From Trichoplax adhaerens (lineage: Eukaryota; Animalia; Placozoa), in NCBI RefSeq assembly GCF_000150275.1, contig NW_002060945.1:8262011-8326010 (forward strand): 64,000 nucleotides of DNA, written 5' to 3'. The first letter of the stretch is position 1. Each line of letters starts with the position of its first letter. This document shows positions 50,938 to 64,000 of the stretch, in pieces. Under the pieces are notes generated by a model. That model was not told the origin of the DNA. It did not search any database and was given only the letters and a program-made list of their open reading frames with translations. A program made the translations under genes and the position numbers.

Positions 50938-52620
50938 CTATTTCTTGTAGCTCTGAGATATGGTGGATCGTAGCAATCCGAGTCCAATTAAATCGTCGCA
51001 GCATGGCTATTCGAATAGGATTAAGAGTTACGTCGGTTGTTTCAGTCGTAAAGAAATAAGGATAGATATCTCTGTTAATTAGAGCAGCAGAGCTCACTCC
51101 ACTGGTTACCTAGCATGAATTAATAGGTTTTACAGTAAATGACTTGCGTTTATTTCGTTAATTTTCTCTAAAATTGATTATTATCTGTTTTCTTTCATGA
51201 CATATGCATATTAGGGTAGAATATCTCTATCTTTAATATCTTATTTAGACTAGATAAGAATTACAAGACTCTTATGTATTTTTTATATCGTACATTTAAT
51301 GTTTGTAGATGGAGAGAAGAATAAACAGCAATAATGTGATAAGATAATTTGGAGCAATTCTAGACAGTCTTAATAACGATTATCATGATTCTACACTTAA
51401 TACAGTCTAAGTATATTATTATCTTTACCGTGACTAGATTCCAATATTTAGTCAATGAAGCTACCGGTCTAGAGCCAACCGTAGTCAGTGGTCCAAAAGT
51501 AGCAATTTTAATGGGCGGATTATTGATAGCATCTATGAAACTTTTAGTTGCAACCCAAGATTTATACTAGAAGCAAGAAGTAATACAAATTAGTTTATAG
51601 AATATAGGCGTTATACCATTAGAGATTTTATATAGAGTAATATAACATTAGTCCGATAGGAATTATAACTTATCAAGTAACGACATATTTGATACGGATC
51701 ATTATTTCTATCGTAATCTCACATCATTTCGATTTTTATAGTCATCTAATGTTTACGCGTATACAAGTAATACTTAGAAATTTTATGCAAGAAAAGTTAT
51801 AAGTACACACCCAGTTATTATATTTTCATTAGTTACTATTTATCGCTACTGGTAGTTAGTTATTAACAATTTACTTCCATGGTATTATATATAGTAATCG
51901 TTATACCATGTGATATTACAATTTATCATTAATCCAACCTTCCTTTCACTATTTTGCTCTATTTCTGGGGTAATTTCTAACCAAAGAGGTAAATTACAGC
52001 TTATAGAATAAGCGTTTACATTATTTTTATAACCAATCCTCAAAATACAGGATAAACTAGGTGTAATAGCCTCACTACTACTACGTTAGGTTCGTAGTTT
52101 AATAATCTTAGGGTCTTAGACCGACAGAGTGAATACCGTACTTCACTATTTCATCATCAGACACGGCCCACAAACAAACATACTTTATTCTAAGCAAACT
52201 ATTGTACTAGGATATTTTAATTTTAAGTCTAATGTGTGAATAGATATCTTTTGATAAATCTACCTAGAATTACCATAAGATATGGATAGCAATTCTTACA
52301 ATCTAGAGTATATCGTATGAATTTCAAGGAAATCATCAGAATTTTCGACAACATTATTTTTACTCTACCTCCGTATTCCAGAACTCCATTGTTAGATTGT
52401 AGTCAGGTAAAATATCTGGTCTTGCGTTAATATCCTTAATAGCTAACTGCCCGGCTGGTAAAGTGATTTTTCCAATGTAAGATACTGTACTCCCAGAAAG
52501 CGGCTGAAAACCGGCAATGGTTAAGGTTTTCCATTTCTTGCCCTCAATTATTGGTGAAGCGATCCAAATTAAGAATAGCGATATTGCTAATGGAGATAAT
52601 TTCTTTCCTTTAATGATCAT
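50938..52620 (-). CDS. 5' fragment (exons 1-3) of another GABA-B-like receptor copy; continuation unresolved at the gap
   Basis: Exon 1 52620-52369 (signal peptide MIIKGKKLSPLAISLFLIWI.., LAIKDINARPDILPDYNL), exon 2 ~51567-51430 and exon 3 ~51108-50938 with an intact donor. Near-identical to 62515-63145. Confidence 0.75.
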
Positions 52621-53911
52621 AACTTTAACACTTTAATTGCAAACTATCGTAGTTTTCAACAACAAAAAGAAAATACGACGAACATAGCAAAATATATCTT
52701 CAATGGAATGATTTGTATGAATTTTTTAGGGTAAAGTTGGACATTTGTCATCTAAAAACAAAGAATTCATTGAGATCAATATTTTATTGTTTTGAGTTAA
52801 TAATTTATGCACTTATTATTGCTATCAATAAACGTAATTTTAAATAATAGAACAAATTTTTACTTATAAATTAAATATTAGGAAGTACTAAAAAATTTCT
52901 TTAATTGAAGGTTATAGATGCAAACTATATACCGAAGCTATTAATAATGTTTACTGATCAATCCTTGTCAAAATAGGAATAATAAACTGTTTCTGTTCAT
53001 TTTTAGCTGCTATAAGCTATGATGTAGCAGTTTTTAAACACGTGAACTTAATTTAGTGGAAACAGTTTTCTTTCGTAACAAGTTTTTATGAAGCCAAGCT
53101 AAATAGCAACATCTAAGAAGAGTTGAGCGCTAAACAATAATTCCCTATTCATCTCTCAGCCTAAGGCTATCTTGATCCATATTGAATCCTAAATGCATAG
53201 TACAATATTCTAATTTTTTTCAGGTCAAGATATCATTTTGAGTATATTGACCTTTCTTAGTATTATACTGGTTTCTTTAAAGGAAAAGTCATTTTTCAAA
53301 TAATACTTTAGCGAACCAATTGCCTCTGGCTAAATAAACTTTATACGGAAAATCCAGCTAAAGAATAGCTACTTATAATATAAAATGTCAAATTGAAATT
53401 ATGACGTGATTGTTGTCGTCAGCATAAATAATAACATTATCAAGATTAAGACGACTGCAAGGAAATACATTGAAATCGCGATCTGCTTTTAGCTATAAAT
53501 ATAAAAATATTTATTCTTATTTGGATTGAGTTATTGATCAATCGATTTTAAATTAACGCATCAACTTAACAAAAAAGCTTTTTCTTTTATTTCGTTTGAG
53601 CGAAATTGAAAGCTTGTCTAGCGATACAACATTCCATCTCATTGTGATAAGATAAGGAAACTGTTAAGAAAACTAAGGGAGAAAAAGATCGCAAATGTAA
53701 CTCTCATTGATCATCAAGTATTCTAATGAACATTGTACCTTGCGGACTTTAATAATGAGAAATGTACTAATGAAATATTTTATTGATACTGGTATGTGAC
53801 TAAAAATTTGTTACTTGTGTAAAATATCGAGAAACTGAACGTGAACCATCTAGATATTCGTAATTGGAACCGTAGTTCAATATTTTATACAAAGAAATAA
53901 CACAGCCATAA

Positions 53912-54397
53912 TGTAGTGTATTTAGAATATACTGTAACTATATTCTACTCTTAAATATAGACATGTTGTATTGCTCTTATATTTAGACAGATCTACAGTC
54001 CGCTTACTCTACATTCATATATAAACTACTGTATTTAGTTATTACGGTACTCGCTGTTTTCTACAATCATCTGCTATTTTGTAACCTGTTATGGTATATG
54101 TTGTATCTAATTCCACAATCCTATTGTCTGCATGTGCTCTATCTTTAAAACTATAAATACCGGCGATTTCTACCTCAGAGTTCGTTAGCCTCTCAGTTAG
54201 TCTTCTAGTTAGTCTCTCACAGTCTAATACTTCTACTCGTTACTCACGACAGCTTGCACGCTGATCTACCGTAACTATCTCACTGTACTTCACATTACTA
54301 ACCTACAATAAAGCATAACTTTTATAAACCCTTTGGTGTAATAATTGTAAATGGCGACTAAATCTCAATCCTCTGAGATATCGAACCCTCCATCACA
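53912..54397 (+). mobile_element. Solo LTR family A (486 bp)
   Basis: TGTAG...TCACA with 5-bp TSD CATAA (53907-11, 54398-402). TATAAATA at ~54152 and AATAAA at ~54307. Empty site at ~43718. Confidence 0.92.
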
Positions 54398-55185
54398 CAT
54401 AATAGAAAGTGTACACTTTTGTATACTCGTACTAATCTATTTTACTCGTAAAATTTCCTATCTTAATCTCACAGCCATAAATTGCGATACTTACTCTAAC
54501 TAAAGTATAGCAGTGCCCGTTATTTTACTCGTAAAATGTACTATTCTGATTTCATAGCCATAAATTAGATACTTACTCTCAACGAAGTAAAACAGTAACA
54601 GTAACTTAATACTATGATTAAGGAATTCCTGCAGGATTGATAACTAGTCATTTTATAAAAAACTTATATTTTAGCATCATACCTAAATTAACGTCAAGTA
54701 ATGTGAAAAATTTATTTCAGTCGTTTAATTGATATCAAGAAACATCCTAAATACATATTAAAAGTATTTTTTGAGGCGAAATTTGTTTTCTTTATTATAA
54801 TCGAATAAAACGTTACAGACAAATCTGATATATTAAAATTATTCGTATTAAAACAAGAAGAAATCATAATGAATGACTTAAGAATCAAACGATGTTGTCA
54901 TTAGATGATGACAATACGACAAATTATACGAAGTAGAATGTTATCTATCAAGATATAACTGTAAGTAATAGTCTTCATGACAAGTAAGTCATCGGTCATT
55001 TACAAATCAAATAATAATCGATTTTTATCCGTATTACGTTACTACTGATCTCAATGTGAAGATTAAGCGCTATTAATCAGTATTTAGTAAACAGGTAAGA
55101 TTCTACAATTAATAAAGACTTCAAGAAGAAATTTAGATCAGAGTGTATAGCTTGTATAATTTATTTCTTAATCACATATTGAGAA

Positions 55186-58100
55186 CTAATTCAAAATATC
55201 GGTTCCAAGTGTTAGTGGTGAATTAGTAGCTTCCCATCTACGCCTGATTTTTGTCACAATGCCGTTTGCTTCATCGCACTATATTAAAATTTCAAAACAA
55301 TTATTGTGAAATAATAAAAGATAGAATAAAATTCTACCACCACTCGTGGTACAAATGATCGATAACTACCCGATTCTATGCAAAATGATGTAGAAAATTA
55401 ATCAATTAATCGTTCACTGGTAGAAGATCGATCGATTAATTATTAGCTAGTACAAGATTTTTAGCGCTACTCTTTGATATACAAGTATTATAATTTAGAT
55501 AAAATAGAAAAAATTATGAAAGTCACGGTGCAACATTTGGCAGTACGAATAAATTACACATTATACACGTCTTTCTCAACTTTGTATTATTAAGTAATCG
55601 ACAAGTGCTGCTACTGTTTACATAATTGTGTATTTAAGCACTAGTAATTATTCTTATACACATTTACTAGTACGAAAGAACGCCATTATCTAAATGTATT
55701 AAACTATTAAATTTAGACTATTCCAGCATACTGAACGGTCCACAGAGCTAATTAAACTCACATTTTTTATTCGTCGAATAAATTCCTCGACAACTTTGTC
55801 TTCACATGTGATATTTCTACCTTTACCAAAAGTTATATCCATAGAGTCTACTCTAGAGTTCGCTCTGCCAGTATTATTATTACTTTGCATAACAGCAAAG
55901 CCGTTTCTTTTTAAATGTATTACCTCAGTTCATAAATTAAACATTAAAAATATTAATAAATTCTACTGTTAGTTTCTTCTAGTCAATAGCCTATAATGTT
56001 CAGCTTTATCGCTTACCTTAGGCACAAAGACAAGGCACATTGTTACTGTGATTCCAAAGATGATAAATCCTGCAATAACTGCAAAATTTGCATCCACTTG
56101 GCTTCCAAGAAACTGACTAATAATGATTGCAATAACGCAGAGAAGTGTTGTGTTGTAGATAGACATTCCAATATAACGAGAGTCATTTAGGGCGGGAATA
56201 GTAACATATCGAGTTTCCCAGGCCAGAAAAGTTCCAAAAACTAATAACAGTAATTTCATACCATATATAATGCCTAACCAAATGGAAGAATTTTGGGAGC
56301 TGCATAAAACATTATAGTAGCGTATAACAGTATTTAAGTCTTGGCTTGAGTCCTGTAATAGCCATAAATAATCGCAAATGGTAAGTAACAAAGAATTCGT
56401 TAGCGCACAAGCTCATAATTAGATAGCAATAAACTTTTATGTAATACGATATTCAAACCAGAGCTAATGAACTAAGATTATATACCGAAACACATCCATA
56501 TCACTACCAGCTATCTATATAATTGAAATGGGCAAATAAACAAATCAAGAAGTTTTGTGGCTGGCATAGATAGAACTATTAGTCGACGTTACCGAGCAGC
56601 CTATGAAATATTTTATAGTTGGATGTATAGTCATACAGATTACATAGAACTGTGCTATCTAATTTAAAACTGTAGATTTCTTATTTTCAGACTATCGGAA
56701 TTATTCATATGCACGGTAAGCTAGTTAGCAGATAATCTGTCATTTCGACTATATATGACATTGTGATTCTACGATGCTTAGTAAAATAAGTAATGCAAGT
56801 CATATAATATGTTTTAAACTCTCGTCACCTTAAAAGTGAAGACTTTATCTATATCTAGGTCACGGCCAATGTCCGAATCTACGGTCCTCTATTAATACCT
56901 GGTGTTGTAAGCTTTCACTATCTACTATAAAGTATGAGATTATCTTCTGTAATTAAATAGCATTACTTAGGCTTAGTTATTATTATTTATAAGATGCTTA
57001 TTTGACAAACTAATGAGACTCTATTACTTTACATTAGCATTTACCTCGATCCTTACAAGGATCTGCTTGCCTTTTAACGGATCAGCTAATTGCCAAATTG
57101 TTAAGTAGCACAAATCTATGCATATAAGAATTACTACCATAGCAATAAGTTGATGATCTTTAATCACCTAAAACCATCAAGATAATGTAATAAATATGAA
57201 AATTGATATAAATTTAGTACACTCCGTACGTACTCGATAAAACAATATTTTACAATTAAAGTAATCGAAGCAATCTTCAAACATAGTATACAGCTTATCA
57301 GCTGAAATCTCACGAGCTTATATGTTGAATCCATAAACTTAAATATCAGTGAACTTTAAATATAGTAAAGAGATTATAAACATAGCTGAATGTATAACAA
57401 TTTGTATACATACGATCTTTGTTTTCTTGCCGCTAGTAAATATGCGATATACACGCCAAGTTTTAGATAGCAGTGATCCAAAAGCGATTGAAAATCCGAT
57501 ACTTAGAATCCATACACGTAATGGGCATATAAGCGCTGACGTTACACTAGGTGTGTTATTGGAGTCGATGCCAAATGTAATTGCTGCGATATAGCCCATG
57601 ATACAGCCGATAAGAAACAAATTATTGATATTCGGACTTGACATTTTAATATGTCTATCAGTAATAATCGATGAGAAAGGATATTTTTGTTAATATTCTT
57701 TTTTGATAAATTTCCTAGACGCTAATTGTATGTTATTTAAATCTGTGTTTCTAAACAAGATGATTGTAACTGTATGTAGTAGAGCTGAACAGTTACGATG
57801 AATATTATTTACTACATGAATCACAATTCAAATTCTGTAAATATAACGCTAAACTAATAGCTAGTATCAAAACAGGATATCGAATGTGCTTATAGAATTT
57901 AGTGATATTTTCTTACTAAAACCTTCGAGCTTAAATATGTTATTAACAAAGTGTTAGGTAAAGCTATTCTTACTTTCGCTTTCTTTTCATTATATTAAGC
58001 GAAAGGAAAACAATTGCCAAAATTATTGCCGCGATTGCCAGTACATTTACAGTGATAAAGACATGCTGGGAAACACCAATAATTCTGACTTCAACTGAAA

Positions 58101-61100
58101 CCGTATCAGCGGGTACAGCTCCACCTAGAATTATCATTAATAATGAATTATTATTAAGTACATACAAATCACGGAAATCTGTAATCTGGAGGTAAGAAGT
58201 GCTAATTGCAGAAATATGAAAAATACGGCGATTATTAAACTATCTAACTGTCTCCATAACGAGAAAATGATATTTCTTAAGGATAAATCTCGTAAACTAA
58301 CATTACTGATTGTTAGTGTAATGGGTAGTCCTCAAAGGTAATGTTGACTTTCTTAATCTAACATATTAGCATTTAGTATTTATCGTCCAAACTAAAAAAG
58401 TAAGACTGTGCAGGACATACCTATCCAATAGATTTTATTCTCATAAATCTGTAGTTCATTTGTTATACCATAATGTAGACCAATAGGAATAACGTTCGAT
58501 TCGTTTCCAATAACTATTAGTGTAGCCAATATTGAATAATTAAACATTGCTTAAAGCCTATTTACGCATATTAACTGAATTCGTATATCATTTAGTTAAA
58601 GCTTAACATATTAGTAAATCAGCCAATTTAGAAAGAATTTTTAGTAAAGATTAAGTTATCAAGGTACTGTATGAATAAATCGTAAAGATATTTGCATTTC
58701 AGTTTTTATTCCGAATAATTAAACAGGGTCTTTCTGACTATACGTAGTAGTAACAGTGGAGTGAACGCAACTATTACATAAGGATTATTTTCAAATCAAG
58801 AAAAAGACTTGTATTACTAAATGTGATGCTAATACGTCTCATCAAAAGACAGTAACTTATTCAAGTATAGAATCGCAAATTTCTTCCATCAAACATAACA
58901 TAGAAAGATTAATCAATCTCTCTCCTTAATGTACTCTGTGCTTACTCTGATTTTGATAGATATAGACATCACTTATACGAGATCCGGATTTAAATCTAAC
59001 TGGCCCCTAAAAGCCGTAAAGTGACATTAGCAATAAATTAACAGAAATATATATACATATATATATATATATCGACATTAAATTGGTAACGGATAGTTCA
59101 ATTTATTATATTAGAGACTTACACTAATACCAATAAAGTCAGTCTTACTCATCTCATCAAATAAAATACTTCTTATCATGGTATTACTATAATTAAAATC
59201 AGATAAGGAGCTTCCATTTTTTTTCAGTATATTTTCAGTTCTATTTAGTGCTAGTGCTAGCGCCCACATTGCGTCATAGCCATTAGTTTGGAAATACTTG
59301 AAAGGCGAGTTAAGAGGATTTACCACGAAATTATTATAATGTTCAATATATTGCGATGAGTTCTAGTTAGAATACAAGTAACATACGATATATTTAATGT
59401 TAGTATGTTATTCGTTTATTTACCCTTCTTTCATATATAAATATCTATTAATTTATTTCAAACACAGGAACTATAAACAAAATGTCATTTATAATTCATA
59501 AATAAGGAGATAGAAACTTCACAATCTACTATCAACTCTATCACGAAGAATAAAATTGTAATCAAAGATCTTAATAAAATTCATTATTGTGTATTTTCTA
59601 TAATATATCTGCAGTAATTCATGATAGCCGAGCTAAAGCTAAAACAATCTCATTTTTACAGACAAGATAGATCATCTTACGAAAACAGAAATAACTTTAC
59701 TAGTATAGAAAGTTTATATTAGTAAAATGATATACGATAGCTATGTATCAATATCTGATAGTCAGAGACAACGCTTACCATCCCTGAGACTGTCGTTTCA
59801 TCAGAACCAAGCTCGACATTATTAAAGGTAAAATAGGATGACATTGCTAATTCCAATTGCTCTGACGTGCAGTTAACATTAGCATCTGTACGAAATGCTC
59901 TCCACCAATTCTTGATATATCCAAAGGTTATAAACCAAACGTAATGCGACCCATACATTTTTTGATGATAAACCTAACAAAGATTAATTACAAAATACGG
60001 AAATCGGCTTTATACACGTAAGATTAAATTTCTATAAATGTAATTAATAGTCGTTGCAGTGACTAATTGGTGACAATGATGTAAAATAAGTCAACTTTAC
60101 GTCTTCTTATTAAGTAGCCTTTAATTATTCATATTAAAACTATTAAAAATTTACAACATTAAAATGGTTCAATTCGGTATTACTTCGCAAAACAATCTGA
60201 TGGTAGGAATCAGATCGGCAAATAACAAAATAATCTTAGCACCTTTCTCCTATAGAAAAGATATCAATTAAAATTTGATTCTTATGAGTAAGCATTGAAA
60301 ACTACGCTTAAAATTAGTCAATATAATTAAGTACAGAAGACTGGGATAAACACATAGTCTTGCTTCGTACTTAGAATTTAAAAATTATAATTATTGAAGT
60401 AATTCTAAAATTCAATGTTTTGTTAGATAAAATGATACTATAACGTGGACAATAACCATTATTCGATCTTTTTCCTAGAGTAACATCTCAATGATAACAT
60501 AATTTACTACCTTAACTATAGAAACTTAAATGAATACTATGAAGCTGATTATTTGTGCTAATTATAATAAATAACTTCAACTTATTACCTTAATGCTTTT
60601 GAGTTGTTCTACTGGAGAAGTAAAAAAAGCTTCTGTAGTGATCAAAGTGAAATTTAGTTTGTCTGCATCTCTGATGAAATTTTTAGCGGCCTACAGTTTC
60701 AAATTTTCAATGATTTTACAGCATTAGACGTCTTACAAATGATTAGATCTGTTCTATTTCGATAGAATCAAAATGTAAAATCATCCGGCGGAATTCAGCT
60801 TGATAGTTTATATAACAAGTGTGTTATAGCTGGCGAGTATTGTGCTATTGCTTGACTTCAATTTTATGACTTAGTTTACAATGCGATAAAATATCATATG
60901 TATCGAATTGTAATATAACCTAGTATTGTGATTGTAGACTGTTAGCCATGTTTAGTATAATGTACGATAGCGTAACTTCTATATTTATCCTAAGATATAT
61001 TTGATAGCCATAACTATAGACTGTAGTGGTATACTCTATGCTAGAGTACAGATGGATATATACAGTAAGGTGTTAAGTTACTAATAAGGTTATAGGTAAA

Positions 61101-63145
61101 AATAGAACTGTAAATCATATATTAGGATATGGTTAATTCATTGTACTTTGGCTGATGTGAATAATGTTGTGAGGTTGATAGATTAAGAATCTTCAAAACT
61201 TTAGAAAATTTAGATTTATTGAACAAAACATCGTTTAAGAAGGCTCAACGTAATCGATTAGCAGAGGACCTCTAACGAGAAAGAACTCTCTTACTATACA
61301 AAACTACTCGCTTATATACTTTTCCGCGTTTACAGTCTTAGCACCTTTACTTACTACACACTTCAGTATTAGCATCTCAAATACAGGATAGTTTACACCT
61401 TTCACGTGAAGCTCTAGTGTGAGCAATGTAGCGCTCCTATTCAAAAGGATTACAGTTACTAAGCTAGCTATATTTAATACTTAAGCCTCTAACGAGAATA
61501 TCTATCACATGTTGAACACAACACCTACGGCAGACATTACTAAATGTATCATCAACTTAGAATACAATATTACACTGTCTTACAAATGTCTACGTAAATA
61601 CTGTAGTCGTATCCATATCGGATTAATGATGGTCCGCAGCAGAATAGCGTTACTAAGAATAATTTAACTATGTGTAAAAAAAGGTAAAAGGTTGCCGTGC
61701 GGATTGTAGCTGCGAATGCTACGAAAAGTATAAAAGCATGCAACTTTAGATTATTCTGTTAGTTCTTTCTAGAAGTCTTTAGTGGTAGTATTCGGCTAAA
61801 GTTGAGCTGTGTGTAGTTGATCTTTGTATAAGATTCAATAAAGCCCTTATTTTTCTAAAATTTGGAATTTCGTGATCGGTATATATCATACGAGTGTAGG
61901 AGTAGACTTATCATATCAAGAGATAAAATAGTAATAAAACTTTTATTCAGCGAAGTTAAAGAAAAGCTGAAAAATACAAAGTCAATATTTATTGGCCAAT
62001 ATTAGCACATACTTTAACTTGGCAATTGATTAACTGAATGTTTAAGGGTTGCTATCAGTTATTTTCACCATTCTATGTCTTATTTAGAATTTTATCTAGC
62101 AGGTACTCTAGACTTATAAATAGATGCAAGTATCTATTTAAGATAAGGGACCTAGTTACGCTACGCCACAAAGTAATACAAATAATATAAATTGTAATCT
62201 CTAAGCAGGCTAGAATTCATGCATATGTTATTTTTACGATTATTTTGTCTTATTTAGAATTTTAGCAAACAGCTACTCTAGACTACTGTATAGATGCGAG
62301 TATCTATTTAGGGTAGGTAACCTAGGTATACTACTCTATAAAGTAATACAAATAATGTAAACTTTAACTTTTGAATTTAGAATTGATTGAATTGTTCTAG
62401 AATTGTATCTAGAATTGTATCTAGAATCGCAACACTGTGTAGATAATCAATAATAAACTCTACATTATTATAAACTTGGAATCTTTCAGTCATATACATT
62501 TAGTTTATTACTTACTATTTCTTGTAGCTCTGAGATATGGTGGATCGTAGCAATCCGAGTCCAATTAAATCGTCGCAACATGGCTATTCGAATAGGATTA
62601 AGAGTTACGTCGGTTGTTTCAGTCGTAAAGAAATAAGGATAGATATCTCTGTTAATTAGAGCAGCAGAGCTCACTCCACTGGTTACCTAACATGAATTAA
62701 TAGGTTTTACAGTAAATGACTTGCGTTTATTTCGTTAATTTTCTCTAAAATTGATTATTATCTGTTTTCTTTCATGACATATGCATATTAGGGTAGAATA
62801 TCTCTATCTTTAATATCTTATTTAGACTAGATAAGAATTACAAGACTCTTATGTATTTTTTATTTCGTACATTTAATGTTTGTAGATGGAGAGAAGAATA
62901 AACAGCAATAATGTAATAAGATAATTTGGAGCAATTCTAGACAGTCTTAATAACGATTATCATGATTCTACACTTAATACAGTCTAAGTATATTATTATC
63001 TTTACCGTGACTAGATTCCAATATTTAGTCAATGAAGCTACCGGTCTAGAGCCAACCGTAGTCAGTGGTCCAAAAGTAGCAATTTTAATGGGCGGATTAT
63101 TGATAGCATCTATGAAACTTTTAGTTGCAACCCAAGGTTTATACT
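55186..63145 (-). CDS. GABA-B-receptor-like class C GPCR, apparently intact copy; exon 1 lies beyond the window end
   Basis: Exon series from YKPWVATK..(63145) through YPYFFTTE, GYDAMWALALALN, GPVRF, TM1, IKMSSPNIN..KTWRVYRIF, WLGIIYGMK..FLAWETRYVTIPALNDSRYIGMSIYN..LVFVPK to a last exon ending ..GTDILN* at 55186. No lesion noticed. Confidence 0.9.
60909..61890 (+). mobile_element. Solo LTR family B (about 560 bp) containing a nested insertion
   Basis: TGTAATATA...TATATCATA (CA in the sister copy), flanks CGAAT/CGAGT. The empty site with a single CGAAT is at ~48277. Confidence 0.85.
61168..61584. mobile_element. Solo LTR family C (417 bp) nested in LTR B
   Basis: TGTGAG...CTTACA with perfect TSD AATGT (61163-67, 61585-89). 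Absent from the LTR B copy at ~63560. Confidence 0.88.
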
Positions 63146-63343
63146 AGAAGCAAGAAATAATACAAATTAGTTTATAGAATATAGGCGTTATACCATTAGA
63201 GATTTTGTATAGAGTAATATAACATTAGTCCGATAGGAATTATAACTTATCAAGTAACGACATATTTGATACGGGTCATTATTTCTATCGTAATCTCACA
63301 TCATTTCGATTTTTATAGTCATCTAATGTTTACGCGTATACAA

Positions 63344-63865
63344 TGTTTAGTATAATGTACGATAGCGTAACTTCTATATTTATCCTAAGATATATTTGAT
63401 AGCCATAATTATAGACTGTAGTGGTATAGACTCTATGCTAGAGTACAGATGACTATATACAGTAAGTTGTTGAGTTACTAATAAGGTTATAGGTAAAAAT
63501 AGAACTGTAAATCATATATTAGGATATGGTTAATTCATTGTACTTTGGCTAGTGTGAATAATGTCTATGTAAATACTGTAGTCGTATCCATATCGGATTA
63601 ATGATGGTCCGCAGTAGAATAGTGTTACTAAGAATAATTTAGCTGTGTATAAAATAAGGTAAAAGGTTGCCGTGCAGATTATAGCTGCGAACGCTACGAA
63701 AGGTATAAAAGCATGCAACTTTAGACTATTCTGTTAGTTCGTTCTAGAAGTCTTTAGTAGTAGTATTCGGCTACAGTAGAGCTATGTGTAGTTAATCGTT
63801 GTATAAGATTCAATAAAGCCCTTATTTTTCTAAAATTTGAAATTTCGTGATCGGTATATATCACA
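63344..63865 (+). mobile_element. 5'-truncated solo LTR family B copy
   Basis: Matches 60949-61167 plus 61590-61890 and ends TATATCACA. About 140 bp of host intron present at 51766-51905 is missing on its left. Confidence 0.85.
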
Positions 63866-64000
63866 CGTGTGAATTTACAATTCGTCATTAATCCCAGCTT
63901 CCTTTCATTATTTTACTCTATCTATTTTCGGGATAATTTCTAACCAAAGAGGCAAATTGCAGCTTATAGAATAAGCGTTTACATTATTTTTATAACCAAT

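Noticed and set aside
45070-52620. Secreted or single-TM Venus-flytrap-only receptor isoform
   Set aside because: A lost splice donor, an exonic LTR and an exon-junction deletion break the ectodomain itself, so a pseudogene is the simpler reading.
59046-59072. (TA)n tracts here and near 965-982
   Set aside because: Ordinary intronic microsatellites.
49295-63147. Repeated 61-aa plus-strand ORF MILHLIQSK.. (49295, 51385, 62962)
   Set aside because: It is antisense to receptor exon 2 and repeated only because of the segmental duplication.

Overview
AT-rich, intron-containing animal genomic DNA with compact GT-AG introns and two assembly gaps. The expanded GABA-B-like receptors and overall style suggest an early-branching animal such as a placozoan (inference only). 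The left part (1-26 kb) is a four-gene cluster of mitofusin/bacterial-DLP-type dynamin-like GTPases of two kinds. Two minus-strand genes (793 and 777 aa) end in a long glycine-zipper membrane hairpin. Two plus-strand genes (one complete, about 1017 aa; one cut by the window start) end in a protein-kinase fold lacking all three catalytic motifs, i.e. a pseudokinase. The two kinds share intron positions and sit head-to-head or tail-to-tail, and this GTPase-zipper / GTPase-pseudokinase pairing is the best candidate for an undescribed system. The right part (28.7-64 kb) is a tandem array of GABA-B-like class C GPCR genes on the minus strand: one older paralogue plus three near-identical recent copies (one apparently intact, one pseudogenised, one 5' fragment). 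The array carries several unrelated solo-LTR families (TG...CA, 5-bp target-site duplications), most confirmed by empty sites in sister copies. All exon models were spliced by eye.
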